This document shows positions 1 to 13,880 of a DNA stretch of 64,000 nucleotides, one piece after another. Numbering within the stretch: the first letter of the stretch is position 1; every line of letters begins with the position of its first letter. Source of the DNA: Octopus vulgaris (taxonomy: Eukaryota); NCBI GenBank assembly GCA_951406725.2, contig OX597826.1:34410001-34474000 (forward strand). The letters are read 5' to 3'. The translations under genes and the position numbers were made by a program. The notes under the pieces were generated by a model. It ran no database searches. It had not been told where the DNA came from and was given only the letters and a program-made list of their open reading frames with translations.

Positions 1-55
1 ATTATACTAAATAATTATATGTATAAATACATGTGTTTAATTTATTAATAGATGA

Positions 56-297
<242 letters not shown>

Positions 298-732
298 AAT
301 TAATAATTTTATTTGACTTACTCAATTTAATAACCACTATTATAATTCTTATTGCAATGTATTGTTATAGCTTGTATTCTTATTGCAACAATATAATTTT
401 GTTACTTGTGAAAGAAGGAATAAAATTTGGATATGTGCTATTTATGCTCCTGTATCTAAAAAAAAATATTATTGACTAGATCTTATCGTGGATCGGTACT
501 CAGACCTAGTCTTTGCTTATCTTTATTTTATTGACTGTGTTTTCCCTTCCATACTATACGTATATAACGACATCTACTTGTTATTTACTGTGAATAATCC
601 TTATTCAAGTAACTTTAAATTTCGTCACTTCTGAAAAAAAGCAATATTTTGATATCCATTATTGTAGCCTAAATCTATATCTATGGGGTAATAAAGGTTC
701 TTGTTATTGTAGCTCTTTATATTTATTATGCA

Positions 733-1117
733 GTGGAGGCGCAATGGCCCAGTGGTTAGGGCAGCGGACTCGCGGTCATAGGATCGCTGTTTCGATTCTC
801 AGACCGGGCGTTGTGAGTGTTTATTAAGCGAAAACACCTAAAGCTCCACGAGGCTCCGGCAGGGGATGGTGGTGATCCTTGCTGTACTCTTTCACCACAA
901 CTTTCTCTCACTCTTACTTCCTGTTTCTGTTGTACCTGTATTTCAAAGGGCCGGCCTTGTCACTCTCTGTGTCACGCTGAATATCCCCGAGAACTGCGTT
1001 AAGGGTACACGTGTCTGTGGAGTGCTCAGCCACTTACACGTTAATTTCATGAGCAGGCTGTTCCGTTGATTCGGATCAACCGGAAACCTCGTCGTCGTAA
1101 CCGACGGAGTGCTTCCA
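733..1117 (+). mobile_element. Full-length tRNA-derived SINE (family A) with perfect 12-bp TSD
   Basis: Pol III A box TGGCCCAGTGG and B-box-like GTTTCGATTC; GC-rich body; flanked by ATTTATTATGCA at 721-732 and 1118-1129; bases 733-1016 recur inverted at 11964-12250. Confidence 0.93.
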
Positions 1118-1496
1118 ATTTATTATGCAATTCTCCCTCTGATAAACTAAGTAAATAATGTACATTCTTTTGTTAGTTACTTTTTTCATCAATAACTTTA
1201 AATAAAAGAGAGAAGTCGTTATATATTACCAATATAATACTATATTATCATTTATTTTTATTTACAAGGTTTTATTACAGTCTCTGATACTTAATTTATA
1301 TATTTATATATTGTTATTTTATGTTATAATAGCCAAATATTGTCTTCGACCTAAACGGATTTCGATTGATGTTACTTGCGATATATAGAAACATGTTTTA
1401 ATAGTTGTAGATTCTATTTACATAATTAGTTCGTCCGTTCTCATATAGTAGTTTTAATTTTTAAATTTTAATTATGTAGTTGAAAAGGTATATATT

Positions 1497-1528
<32 letters not shown>

Positions 1529-1786
1529 AGTGTGTGTGTGTGTGTGTGTATGTGAGTGTGTGTATTTACATATATGTGTGTGTGTTTATATATAACACGC
1601 ATATACATATATTTGACTCTTGTTTCCAGCAAATTAGGTGCTACCCTGCACGCTCAGTCACTACTAGTGAAAAGTGAAGTCTTGCTTTTTGTTTTATATA
1701 TAACCTTCATACACGCACACACACACACATATATATATATAGGGGAATAAGATTAGTGATATATACAAATCAAATTTACACACATG

Positions 1787-1846
<60 letters not shown>

Positions 1847-1853
<7 letters not shown>

Positions 1854-2340
1854 TTTATATATAGAGGGGCATTATTACACATACATCCCACACGCTAAGA
1901 GGGACATTAGTCATTTCTAAAAAATTTTACTAATCATACCCAATGCAATTTTTCCAAAGCAAGACATTTAAAAATGAATTTAGTCTTGTATCACCTGTGA
2001 TTTCGTACTTATCGCAGATTCGACCGTACTCATCAGCAAGACTGATTCTGAACATATCATAAATAAACGAACCTGTACAGGTTATACAAGACTAAATTCA
2101 TTTTTTAAATGTCTTGCTTTGGAAAAATTGCATTGGGTATGATTAGTAAAATTGTTTGGTAGAAATGACTAATGTCCCTCTTAGCGTGTGGCATGTATGT
2201 GTAATAATGCCCTCTATATATAAATTAATATGTTCAATAAGAAAGAATTATTTTCGAAATTTTTCTCTTATGAGGTTTTTCGCGCTATCTACCTGATAAT
2301 TTCTTGTTAAGATCCCTTATTAAGAAGTTATCCTTAATTG

Positions 2341-2342
<2 letters not shown>
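1847..2342. mobile_element. Penelope-like pseudo-LTR remnant with ~150-bp inverted duplication, embedded in (TA)n
   Basis: Arms 1847-1998 and 2077-2231 are reverse complements with a few substitutions/indels; (TA)n on both sides; hammerhead motif on the minus strand. Inverted pLTRs and hammerheads are established PLE features. Confidence 0.75.
1982..2043 (-). ncRNA. Type I hammerhead ribozyme motif, canonical core
   Basis: Minus strand reads AGTCTTG-CTGATGA-GTAC(17-nt loop)GTAC-GAAA-TCAC-AG-GTGA-TA-CAAGACT: 7-bp helix I, CUGAUGA/GAAA core, helices II and III paired, AUA cleavage triplet. Confidence 0.85.
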
Positions 2343-2385
<43 letters not shown>

Positions 2386-2687
2386 CATAGTAAGAAATGG
2401 GATATAATAACCAGGCACCGAATTTCTCTATGTAAAATGCAAAGGCTAGTTCCTTCAAATGGTGCGTTTTATGGTAAATTTTCTCTAACTCCCATTCCAT
2501 CTTACAGATTTTCCTGGCTTTTAGAGTGTAAAGTACAATATTGATAATAAGGAGATTGAACAATTTGAACATCCAGACTTCATGTTTAATTACCGTTGGT
2601 ATGTTCATAATAATTTGTTTTATTCTGAATAAGCCACCTGTAATTAAACATAAATTTTGAATGTTCAAATTCTTCAGTGTCCTTATT

Positions 2688-2822
<135 letters not shown>

Positions 2823-3007
2823 AGGATCAAATCAAAATTCTTAGACAAATTCTCTTTACTAAACTACATGTCGAAAAATATCCTGACTTCAAATATTTTG
2901 AATGGTCAGCAAAATCTCACTGAATTAAATTTATAACATGTATTTCCCTGCCTCGTATGAAAGATGCCGATTCTTTAAACTTAGGTAGAATATTATCAAA
3001 GAGCACA

Positions 3008-3207
3008 AGGCAGCGATCTGGCGGAATCGTTAGCACACGGCAAGAAATGCTTAGCGGCACTTCGTCCGTTTTTACGTTCTGCGTTTGACATTCTACAGGG
3101 ATCGATTTAGCCTTTCATCCTTTAGAAGTCATTAAAATATGTATCAGTAAGGAAATCGACCTAACCCCATCGTCACACCATTGGTCGTACGCTCTAATGT
3201 GAAACTA
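3008..3207 (+). mobile_element. Degenerate SINE (family B, Nin/Deu-domain-like)
   Basis: Head GGCAGCGATCTGGCGGAATCGTTAGCAC and core GCCTTTCATCCTTT match the better copies at 15708-16298. Confidence 0.7.
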
Positions 3208-4233
3208 ATATTTTGAAGCAGCGCGGTTTGTACTGTTCACTATTCACTCCAAGAGTAGCTAATTTTCATTTACTCATCTAACATTTTGTTCACCACATCC
3301 TGCTATCCTCAGACAATTTCAGTAATGATCAGTTTTTCTGTGAGAAGGGGCTGCTATTCAAGCTATCAATCCTTCTTTGATATCTAAAAGTACCGAAAGT
3401 GAGAGTAATTGGCCACAGATGCGACGAGTTTTGAACTCAGAGCTCAGAGCTCAGATGAATGGAAGAAATATCTGACACCATAAAGGATCTACAAACTTCG
3501 CTGTGAGCAAATATTGTGTGCGATTCTAGAAAATTGCTGAATGTTAATGATAGGTCTATTTCGTATTACATATTGTTACTTCCATCAAGGCACAGAGGAA
3601 ACTAAAACTATTATTTATTTAAAACCAAATCCAGCAGTCTGTATGTGAACTCTATTCTATGACGTTTCTCTCATAGAAGATTACACATGTCTGTGTAACA
3701 AAATATAGACGCTGAAAACGGAGAACTATTTTTTTTATTGTTCTATGAGAATAAAATTTGCATGACTTGTATGTATTCCACTGTTTAAAAATTTAAAATT
3801 TCTTTGGCCGACTTTAATAATATCTGAATACTTATCACTTAGCAATTTACTTAGAACAGAATTAGAAAGAAAAATGGTTTCACACATTAATACATTTTAT
3901 TACGGTGTGAACCAAAAGTTAGTGTAATATTTCTCAACTTACCCGTGATATTGGGCATAGGATGTAATTATGGTTTGTATAATTAAATATTTATTGATGT
4001 TTTACGAGTAGAAAAGAAGTACAGTGAATTTGTAATTAGACTGGATATATATATATATATACATATATCATATATTATATATAGATTATGAGAGGTAGTG
4101 GTGTCAAGTAGACCCAAAGGTGTCAAGTAATGATGAGTAAGTGCTATGGACAGACTATAGTTAAGATCCAGGTTCGGTGATTATGCGAATGAGGAGTCCA
4201 ACGTAGGTTATATATTAGCATGCATATATATAA

Positions 4234-4287
<54 letters not shown>

Positions 4288-4299
4288 GTGTATATATGT

Positions 4300-4660
4300 G
4301 TATAAAGAATTAACAGAATGAGATAAAAATCCAAGGCTGTGAAAGATTTCAGAACATTTATAAAGAGAAGGTCTTACAGCTGTTTCCCGGATATTTTATA
4401 TATTCCTTCATCGGAAACGGTGCGAGAGAATGGTTAAGCAATAGCTATTCTAGAGAAGATATGAAATAGAGAGTGAAGTGTAGGAATGAAAACAGACGTG
4501 AGATATGCAGGGATATTGTATCTACAGTTCAATTTTTTAAGCAGAATTGTATACATATAAGTTTTCTCTGCTTTGTGTGTAAGTTCCAGTAGTATTTAAA
4601 ATTGGTAATTCCAAGCATAGAGTTTGTAGACGGTGTTATTGGATCGAGGTTGTTGTTTTT
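4300..4660 (-). mobile_element. Penelope-like 3' remnant (decayed GIY-YIG C-terminus plus pLTR)
   Basis: Minus strand near 4525-4575 gives frameshifted RENLYVY..LLKKLN, resembling KENLFITKYRPLLN at 63639-63722. A hammerhead motif lies downstream and the element ends at a (TA)/(CA) tract. Confidence 0.5.
4371..4418 (-). ncRNA. Minimal type I hammerhead-like motif, CCGAUGA core
   Basis: GTTT-CCGATGA-AGGAATAT...ATATCCGG-GAAA-CAGCTG-TA-AGAC; palindromic helix III (ACAGCTGT), 4-bp helix I with one GU pair, imperfect helix II. Confidence 0.6.
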
Positions 4661-7165
4661 TTTAAGTGACTTAAAAGTTGTGAATGTGTTTGTAAAGTCA
4701 AAACAAAAACAGGAATATTGCACCATGAATTCAAATATTGAATGCTACAAAATAAAAGTATCGTTCAAGATAGTTAAAACTACTGTAGATCAAGAAGTGG
4801 GCTCCGAAGACATTCTACTTGAATTAGACAATTAGAACCACTAGTACAAATAACTATTAATACTTCAGTTTCTGCAAAATTTAATGTTTCATATTTAACA
4901 TGATCCCCTGGAGAAAACAAGAACAAACGATCCTCCGAACCCTTCTCTTATACGAGTGGAGCACTGTATGAAGGTACGTCAAATACTGATTTGATTAGAG
5001 TTAGTGTTCACAGCACAATATATTATGTTTCGCTGAGCGGGTCCAATATCAGCGGAATATGTCTGTTGCCAGAGGAAGTTTTAGCCAATTAATTTCTTGC
5101 ATAATCTAAGTTGGTTGAACTTTTTTTCTTATCATTATATTACATATGTGAGATATTACCATAAATATATGCAGGTCTAAATTTTAAAACTGATTCTGTT
5201 GAAATAATCGAATTCATTAATGGAAAATCAAAATAAGGAAGTAATTTAAATGAGAATGCAGACAGACATTATGAGTATGGAAATATTAGAAGCCTTGACA
5301 AAAATATCAACATTAATAAACATGTGTATCAGCACATAAAAACACAGCTTGTCGCAATCAATTTTATTCTAATGTTGGGTCACAAGATATAGATATTAGG
5401 ATATTTTGTATAAATATTTATACAGAAATGTAAGAATATAAATATCATGTTTCTAAATGTGTTAAGATAATATTTGTTTAATCTGTATTGATTTTTGTTA
5501 AAATGAAACAGATGCACTTTTCAAAAGTCTAGGTACCTATTACAAGCTGTAGTCTCTACAGTATAAAAAACGATAAATAACGAAATATTCAGTGATATTT
5601 TTTAGATTATATTTCACATAGAAACTGGTGTACAATAGCGTCGGATTGTAGCACGTCAATCATTGCTAGAATGATATAGGATAAAGCACGTGACGTGATT
5701 TGTTTGCTACTACATGGAAAGCCAATACAATAACAGTTTCTTCGAAAACACAGAGAATTTTTACCTTCATACCTTCAGACATCAGAGAAATATACCTGCA
5801 AATAAATATACGAGGGCTTTCACACAAACTACGCAAGTCAAAATCCATTCTCAAGATGTCAGTGAATCTGAGTCGGTAACTGCAGACATTTGCTGAAGTT
5901 GTATAATGAGATGGAAACTCTCAGGCATACAAATGTGTTTACTGTTGAAAGTATTCAAGATAAGTAAACGGAAACCTTTGAAGTATCAAATTCAAGACAT
6001 GCCATATATGATATTCTAAAATCAAATCTACTCACAATTTCAGCTTTGCTAAAAATTAGCCTTTGATTAAAGCAATAACATTTTGTATATTAGTTGTTAA
6101 TATATTCTTGACGTTATATGTCTCCCATTTTGTCATATTCCTTGTGTCTTTTCTTTTATCTTTTGCATATCTCCCCAACCTTAATCTCCGTTTCAAGCTA
6201 CCATAAACGTGTTCCCTTTACTTCTGCTTTTCCTGCTCAGTTCTCTTCATAAAAAAATTTTTTTTTTTCAACATTATCTGCTATCACTCTACAATTTTCC
6301 TTTCTAACCTTTATCTGTTTCTCACTTTTCCGACTACTTCACTATCTTGTTTTAACGCTAACATCACCTACAACTTTGATTACTAACTCCTTGTTTATAT
6401 CAGTTATTCCCTTAATTTCTTCTTCACAACTACATTCCTTCTCAGATATTTTCTTCTTTCTCAGCCAAATTTCATATTAAGCATTTGCCCTCGCTGTGCT
6501 ATTGTAACATATGCAATTAAACGTAAATGGTTCATATTGCTTGTTGCGTTTTTGTGGTGTTAGGGATTCAATAAAGCTGTACGTTTCTACCAAGAAACAC
6601 TCTCCGCACTTATCAAGTCACTGCATAATTGCGTTTAGCTCTGATAAAATGCATTAAACAACATTATGCATCTGATTTACTGTTAACAAAAATAACATAA
6701 ACGAACATAATTAAAATGAAAAGATTCCCGAAGGATCTTACACGTAACTTCCCACCATATGGTGTATATTATTGTATTTCAGCGCGATTGAATTACGCAA
6801 TATTCAGCGGCTGCCACACGTTCAATTAATTTACTTTTGGCTCTTAGTTATATTGGGTTCATGGGAGGTGGAATTATTGATGCAAATTTGCAAGCTGGGA
6901 TTTTTTCTTTCTCGTTAGTTCTGATATCTATTCAAGAATTACTTCCAATAATCATGAACACACATTAATGTGTTTCTTTCTCTCTTTCTCTAGAATTTAA
7001 TTCATTACCCAGGATAACTTGCTAAATTTATTGTAAACATATAAGTGTATGGTAAATGAAGTTTATACATATATGAGTGGGGTGGGAGCTGTTCGTACTT
7101 ATTCTAAAATCCAAAACAATCCAAGCTATAAAAATTAATAATAAAGGTCGATAGTTAGTACTATT

Positions 7166-7233
7166 ACTTGGTATTCCGAGAGAAAAGGGGCTCACAGCTC
7201 ACTTGGTATTCCGGAGAAAAGGGGCTCACAGCT
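7166..7233. repeat. ~34-bp tandem duplication
   Basis: ACTTGGTATTCCG(A)GAGAAAAGGGGCTCACAGCT at 7166 and 7201. Confidence 0.9.
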
Positions 7234-7275
7234 GATGTCACTATATTGCATGTATATATATATATATATATGTGT

Positions 7276-7306
<31 letters not shown>

Positions 7307-8459
7307 CATCCATATATTGGCATACGTTTGTATGTATATGCTCACACATGCGTGAATAGTTTTCGTGACGGCGTTTTTTCCCCGATTCGATAAACAAATA
7401 TAAAACAGATCAAATATTTCGAAATTCTTAGAGATAGTCTTAAATTTAAAACCCGAAACTACTAGTTTCTCTATGGAAATGGTGATAATATAAAATGTTG
7501 GTCAGAACATTAGTTGACTAACATTTACCTCATAGATAAATAGCTACGTGTACTTAGAAAACGATTCCCAATGCAAACCATCAATCTTCATGTCTAATTC
7601 TTATGTTCTTACAAACATTCATAGTTAAACACTGAATGTGAATACACTTCCACTGCAATCACCACGTCACACTAATGCAGCTTATCATTCTTTACGTTAT
7701 CATCACATCTCAGTTGTTGACAACATAATTTTGTTTGGTTGACTAAATTAAATATTTCGATATATATAAAGTACGATTCTCTCTTTAAATAATTATATCA
7801 TATAATGGAGCCATTTCTCGAGTAATCTGCATCATTAATCAATATTATTTTCTAATTTACATCGCCAAATAGAAAGTGAAATACGACTTTTTAAAAATGT
7901 CCTATTATATAAAATGGAATATATTTACATTTCAACTTTCTTCATTTTGAGTTTCATGCCATTCATTAAGCACCATCATACGCTTCATTTTAAAATATGA
8001 ACCGTTGCATGTGTTATGTATGACAAAGGACAGTATTAACGAAATGTGCAGAAAAGGCCGCTGACCTGATGATGTATAATGCAAACATAAATCTGTGATG
8101 AGTGACTAAGTACCAAATAAATATATATTTGAGAAACAAAGTTTCGCTATAGAATCTTGCGATTAAGAAACAATTTACTTTCTAGTGACACTAGCAGAGG
8201 TTAGTGAGTGCGCTAAAGAACATTTGTTATTTCCACTTTGTTTAGCTGAACTCTCATTACAAATCCCTCCAGTTTTTCACATTCAAGGTCGATATATGAA
8301 CTTCCACAGTATTAGTTCGGCTCTTACACTTTCATTAATTCATTTATCCTTTATTATTTTATTTCTTTATTCATTCTTCTCTGTTCCTCACCCTATCTTT
8401 TCTTTCTCTCCCATTCCTTCTCACTCGCAAAGAAAGCAACAAGTGTGTGTGTGTGTGTG

Positions 8460-8775
<316 letters not shown>

Positions 8776-9022
8776 TTATATATATATACATACACATATG
8801 TAGAAATAGGTAAATAGATAGATAGCTCCACACAGGTATATGGGTATATGTCTTTATACGAGTGTGCGTTTGAATATTATACTTTATGTGTACGTAAATT
8901 TATTTGCAGATAGTTATATGTGAAAGGTTTTAATATAAAGATTTCCTCATGTTGTGTCTTTTGAAATTTACAAAATTATCTGTAGAAATGAATAGTGAGA
9001 GACTAAGAGAAAGAGAGTGAGA

Positions 9023-9054
<32 letters not shown>

Positions 9055-9529
9055 TTGCGATAGAGAGAATGATGGAGAGACAGAGTTAGCGAGAGAGTGA
9101 TTGAGATACATGAAGAGAAATCGAGAGCAAATGATTTTGGCTCTACATCTAAAATCTGTCAAACAGGGAGTTTACAGCCGAATAAAAAAAGGATATGCTA
9201 TAATGCAACCTAATAATTTTATCAATTTAAACATCCGTTTGACCTTTCAAGAGACGTGATGTTTCAGGTACAATGTCGAACTAATTAACAACGTAAACTT
9301 CATTTTTCTTTTACAAGTTCTATAAAAAGTTACAGTCATATCATTTTTCTAAGATTTTCCATATACACACGCATATATGGGTGTGCATGTGTATATTTAG
9401 AGGGTATGGATACGCACAACGCACGTGCACATTCAACATACATGTGCGCATACTACTACTACTACTACTACTACTACTACGACGACGACGACGACGACGA
9501 CGAGGGCTACTACTACTGGTATATATATA

Positions 9530-9722
9530 TAGTGAATCCAAAAATAGAACAACAACACGAGACCGTGGTACATGTAAAGTATTAGCAGTCGCTGGGGGAA
9601 GGAAAGAGATGGTTTAACGTTTCGGGCAACGCTCTTCTCCAGAAACTGGGAAAAGTCCAGTAGAAAGAAAGACGGAGGAAGAAAATTGCCAACGATTCAC
9701 ATGCGGTTACATTCTGAAATGT
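9530..9722 (-). mobile_element. Related short element with degenerate hammerhead (9612-9646)
   Basis: Minus: GTTT-CTGGAGA-A-GAGC(GTT)GCCC-GAAA-CG-TT-AAAC; same layout as 8663-8696; abuts (TA)n. Confidence 0.5.
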
Positions 9723-9869
9723 GCATTTTAAAATGTATATGTTTGTATGTATGCATATATGTGTATGTATATAATTATGTTACAGTGCAAGTATATGGCA
9801 AAAGATAATGGAAATTCAAATGTTCGGGAATATGATTTTAAGCTTTTGATAAAATTGGACATATGACAC

Positions 9870-10730
9870 GAAGAAGGGCAGTTTCATAAAAACTGACGAT
9901 TAAAGAAAATTTTAAACAAGAAATTAACAAAAAAAGAAAAGAAAAGGCATGGAAGGAAAAGAAAATGTACGGTCAGTTTGTAAGAGATGTGAACGCCAAG
10001 ACAAATACAGAGGTGCGGTGTCTGTGGATGAGGAAGTGTGACCTGAAGATAGAGACAGAAGCACTCATATGCACAGTTCAGAAACAAGCGTTAAAGACCA
10101 ATTATATGAAGTGCAGAATTGACAACGCTACCGATGTGTGGTGAGAGATGTAAAACAGTATGGAACATCGTTAGCGAATACCCGAAATTGGCAGAACGCA
10201 AATATAAACGACGTCATGACAATGTGGCAAGAATGGGAGATCTGTGGAAATCACGGCCTACAAAGAGCAAAGACATGGTCTGAGAAAACCCCAGAAGGAT
10301 TCACTAAAGATGAGAACTGCAAAATGCTGTGGGATGTAATGATCCTGTGCGATGACCTGGCCTGACATAGGATATCAGTCATTGTTGTGGTTAACAAAAA
10401 AGAAAGAACATGTATGATAATCGACATTGCATGCCCCAGTGACAACAGGATCAACGTGAAAGAGGAAGAAAAACTAAACAATTATGACGATTTAAAGTGG
10501 AAATTAAGAAGGTTGTGGTCATTGAAGAGATTAGACGTGATAGCAATAGTTATTGGTGTATATGGATGTATCAGCATTCAACTGCAAAAATCAGCATTGC
10601 CTGAAACTGCAAGAATTCATTGCAAGGTTCTTGAAGCATGACCAACAAATAAGTGTCAGTTTAGTCTGCTGACAGTGGATAGTTGTCACCTTCCATCATA
10701 CCCAGCAAAATAAGCCGTGCGATTTCATAT
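9870..10730 (+). mobile_element. 5'-truncated, decayed R4/Dong-like non-LTR retrotransposon (RLE endonuclease end)
   Basis: Across frameshifts: WKEKKMYGQF...WMRKCDLKIETEALICTVQKQAL; decayed CCHC MCGERCKTVWNIVSEYPKLAERKYKRRHDNVAR; KMLWD...IVVVNKKERTCMIIDIACP..KEEEKLNNYDDLK..QKSALPETARI*. A short 3' UTR runs into an (AAT)/(GAT) tail. Confidence 0.88.
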
Positions 10731-10743
10731 AATAATAACAATA

Positions 10744-10781
<38 letters not shown>

Positions 10782-10924
10782 CATGATCATGATCATGATG
10801 ATAACTAGCTGGACCCGTGAAAACTTCATGGAAAACATAACAAATGTAAGCATCTGTAAATTGTGTCTCTGGTGTCATAAGAAATGTTTCTATATTCTGA
10901 CACTTGGAGTTACATCCACTTGGA

Positions 10925-11562
<638 letters not shown>

Positions 11563-11815
11563 TTATAATTGACCTTTGCTTTGCATTTGTGCAAGATGGC
11601 TCCAAGTCTCACCCAGAGATCTCAAGAGACAGCAAGTTAGAAGTTCATGTTGGTGTTATGCCTAAGGGGCCATACATTTGGGTTTGTACATATTATCGTT
11701 CTAGAGAATGTTTAAGAAACGATAAGAAAATTATGAGTTTGTTTTAAAATTTGAGATTACATAGTCAGTATTTTATGTAGGATATGGGCAGTTCGCATGA
11801 GCACTATCTTTTTAA
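11563..11815 (-). mobile_element. 3' terminal fragment of an R4/Dong-like LINE
   Basis: Minus: KKIVLMRTAHILHKILTM* (same C-terminal motif as QKIALLGTTYLLHKTL at ~12550-12600), then ~190-nt 3' UTR ending in (AAT)n. Confidence 0.8.
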
Positions 11816-11820
11816 TTTAG

Positions 11821-12251
11821 CTCTCCCACTACTTCTGCTCGTGATCAGAGATGCACATATCGTCAGCCACTAAGAGACATGCTCAACTGGTTAAGGTCAA
11901 ACAACTGACAAGCAAGTCTGTGGTATTGAGCAGAATATTTGCTTTAGTCCATCTTTTATACCAAGACACGTGCACCCTTAACGTAGTTCTCGGGGATATT
12001 CAGCGTGACACAGAGAGTGACAAGGCCGGCCCCTTTAAATACAGGTACAACAGAAACAGGAAGTAAGAGTGAGAGAAAGTTGTGGTGAAAGAGTACAGCA
12101 GGGATCACCACCATCCCCTGCCGGAGCCTCGTGGAGCTTTTTTAGGTGTTTTCGCTCAATAAACACTCACAACGCCCGGTCTGGGAATCGAAACCGCGAT
12201 CCTATGACCGCGAGTCCGCTGCTCTAACCACTGGGCCATTGCGCCTCCACT
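11821..12251 (-). mobile_element. SINE family A copy with an alternative 3' tail
   Basis: 12250-11964 is a close inverted match to 733-1016; beyond ...CACGTGTCT the sequence switches to an unrelated ~140-bp segment (TGGTATAAAAGATGG...GTAGTGGGAGAG). Confidence 0.88.
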
Positions 12252-12254
12252 ATG

Positions 12255-12695
12255 TCAATACACACACATATAGAAATGAAGGCCAATAGAACGGATATTG
12301 CTGTCAGAGATCACAAACAAAAAGTGCTTTCCATTCGACGTATCAATACCAATAAATGATAGTGTTTCTCCAAAACAAAGAGAGAAACCTTCAAAATACA
12401 AAAATCTGGAAATAGAGGTAACTCGAATGCGGCGCCTAAAAACAGAAACAATTCCTATTATAACAGGCGCATTAAGTATGATGAAAAGAAAAACATTCAC
12501 ACGAATACATAAAAAAAACCCAGGACTTACAAGTATATATAACATACAAAAAATAGCACTACTAGGCACCACATACCTCCTACATAAAACACTTTCGGTA
12601 CAGTGAAAATAAGAGAACCACAGCACACCCAAGACACACAGAACTGCACTTGGTAGTGCACTGAAAGCACGTGATAAAAATAAGACAGCTAAATA
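12255..12695 (+). mobile_element. 3' fragment of an R4/Dong-like LINE (RLE domain)
   Basis: KANRTDIAVRDHKQK..CFPFDVSIP..KQREKPSKYKNLEIEVTRMRRLKTETIPIITGAL..IQKIALLGTTYLLHKTLSVQ* (PD..D..K-type RLE remnant); 3' UTR ends in AAT/(GAT)n. Confidence 0.87.
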
Positions 12696-12801
12696 ATGAT
12701 GATGATGAGGATGATGATGATGATGATGGTCTGGATTATTATTATTATTATTATTGTTGTTGTTGTTGTTGATGTTATTGTAATTATTATTATTATTATT
12801 A

Positions 12802-12875
<74 letters not shown>

Positions 12876-12876
12876 G
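12692..12876. repeat. Compound (GAT)/(GTT)/(ATT) microsatellite
   Basis: Directly visible. Confidence 0.95.
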
Positions 12877-12882
12877 CTACTC

Positions 12883-13047
12883 TCGTCCGCCGCTACCTTG
12901 AGAATTCAAATTCCGCCGGGTTTGACTGTGACTTTCATCCTTTCGTGGTCGATAAATTAAGTACCAGTTCAGTACTAGGGTCGATATAATTGAATGTCCC
13001 ACTCCCCAAAATGTAAGGCCTTGTGACGATAGTAGAAAGGATTATTA
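12883..13047 (+). mobile_element. SINE family B, 5'-truncated
   Basis: TTCAAATTCCGCCG...CTTTCATCCTTTCGTGGTCGATAAATTAAGTACCAG core. Confidence 0.8.
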
Positions 13048-13200
13048 CTTCTACTTTAGGCACAAGTCGTTGAAAATTTGGCAGATGTGAGGGGAACTAC
13101 TCAATTATGTCTACCCCAGTATATAACTGATACTTATTTCATCGACCCCGAAAGGATGGAAGGTAAAGTGAACCTCGAGGGAATTTGAAATCAGAACGAT
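13048..13200 (-). mobile_element. SINE family B fragment, tail-to-tail with the previous copy
   Basis: Plus strand ATCGACCCCGAAAGGATGGAAGGTAAAGT...GGAATTTGAA is the reverse complement of the core. Confidence 0.8.
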
Positions 13201-13713
13201 GCCGGTGGCATAAGCAACTAGCGGAAGAGACGTTTCCGTTTGATTTTCATTTGCGGCAAAGACTAGATAACGAAATGCTATTTGCAAGGTCCTATATGCT
13301 TTTAAATGCAATGAATTTAGGTTTGCTATAATTAATTTTCACTGGATATGCTTTGAGAAGAGCAAATGTACAAAACTCTGGCTAGAGAGCATTGTTTTGT
13401 TGTAATGAACTGACATGTGACAAAATTCACAATCAATGAAGATGATGTCATTGACTCGTGATGGGGCCAATGATGGAAACACAGAGGTCAGTGCCGCGTA
13501 TACAACATTTCTTGTAAAGTAGACAACTCTTTATGGAAACAGAAAAGGATGCCAAGAAGGAAGAGACGGAGAGACAGACATAAATCAATAGGAATCATAT
13601 TTCTGAGTGCACTATGCGTCATAATAATAACTTGAGTGATTTTCAAGAACACATTTTGAATAAGATAATTTATCATTTCACAAAAATGTTTTATAAGAAG
13701 TAGGATATATAAG

Positions 13714-13807
<94 letters not shown>

Positions 13808-13841
13808 CACATATATATATATATATGTATATATATGTATG

Positions 13842-13880
<39 letters not shown>

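Noticed and set aside
733-810. Possible tRNA gene
   Set aside because: A/B boxes are present, but it continues into a repeated body bounded by TSDs; it is a SINE head.
5714-5896. 60-aa ORF downstream of CACGTGACGTG
   Set aside because: No recognisable homology; short ORFs and such motifs are expected by chance.
13436-13492. Hairpin followed by GAAAC...GTC
   Set aside because: 5' core is not CUGANGA-like and there is no helix I; too degenerate to call.
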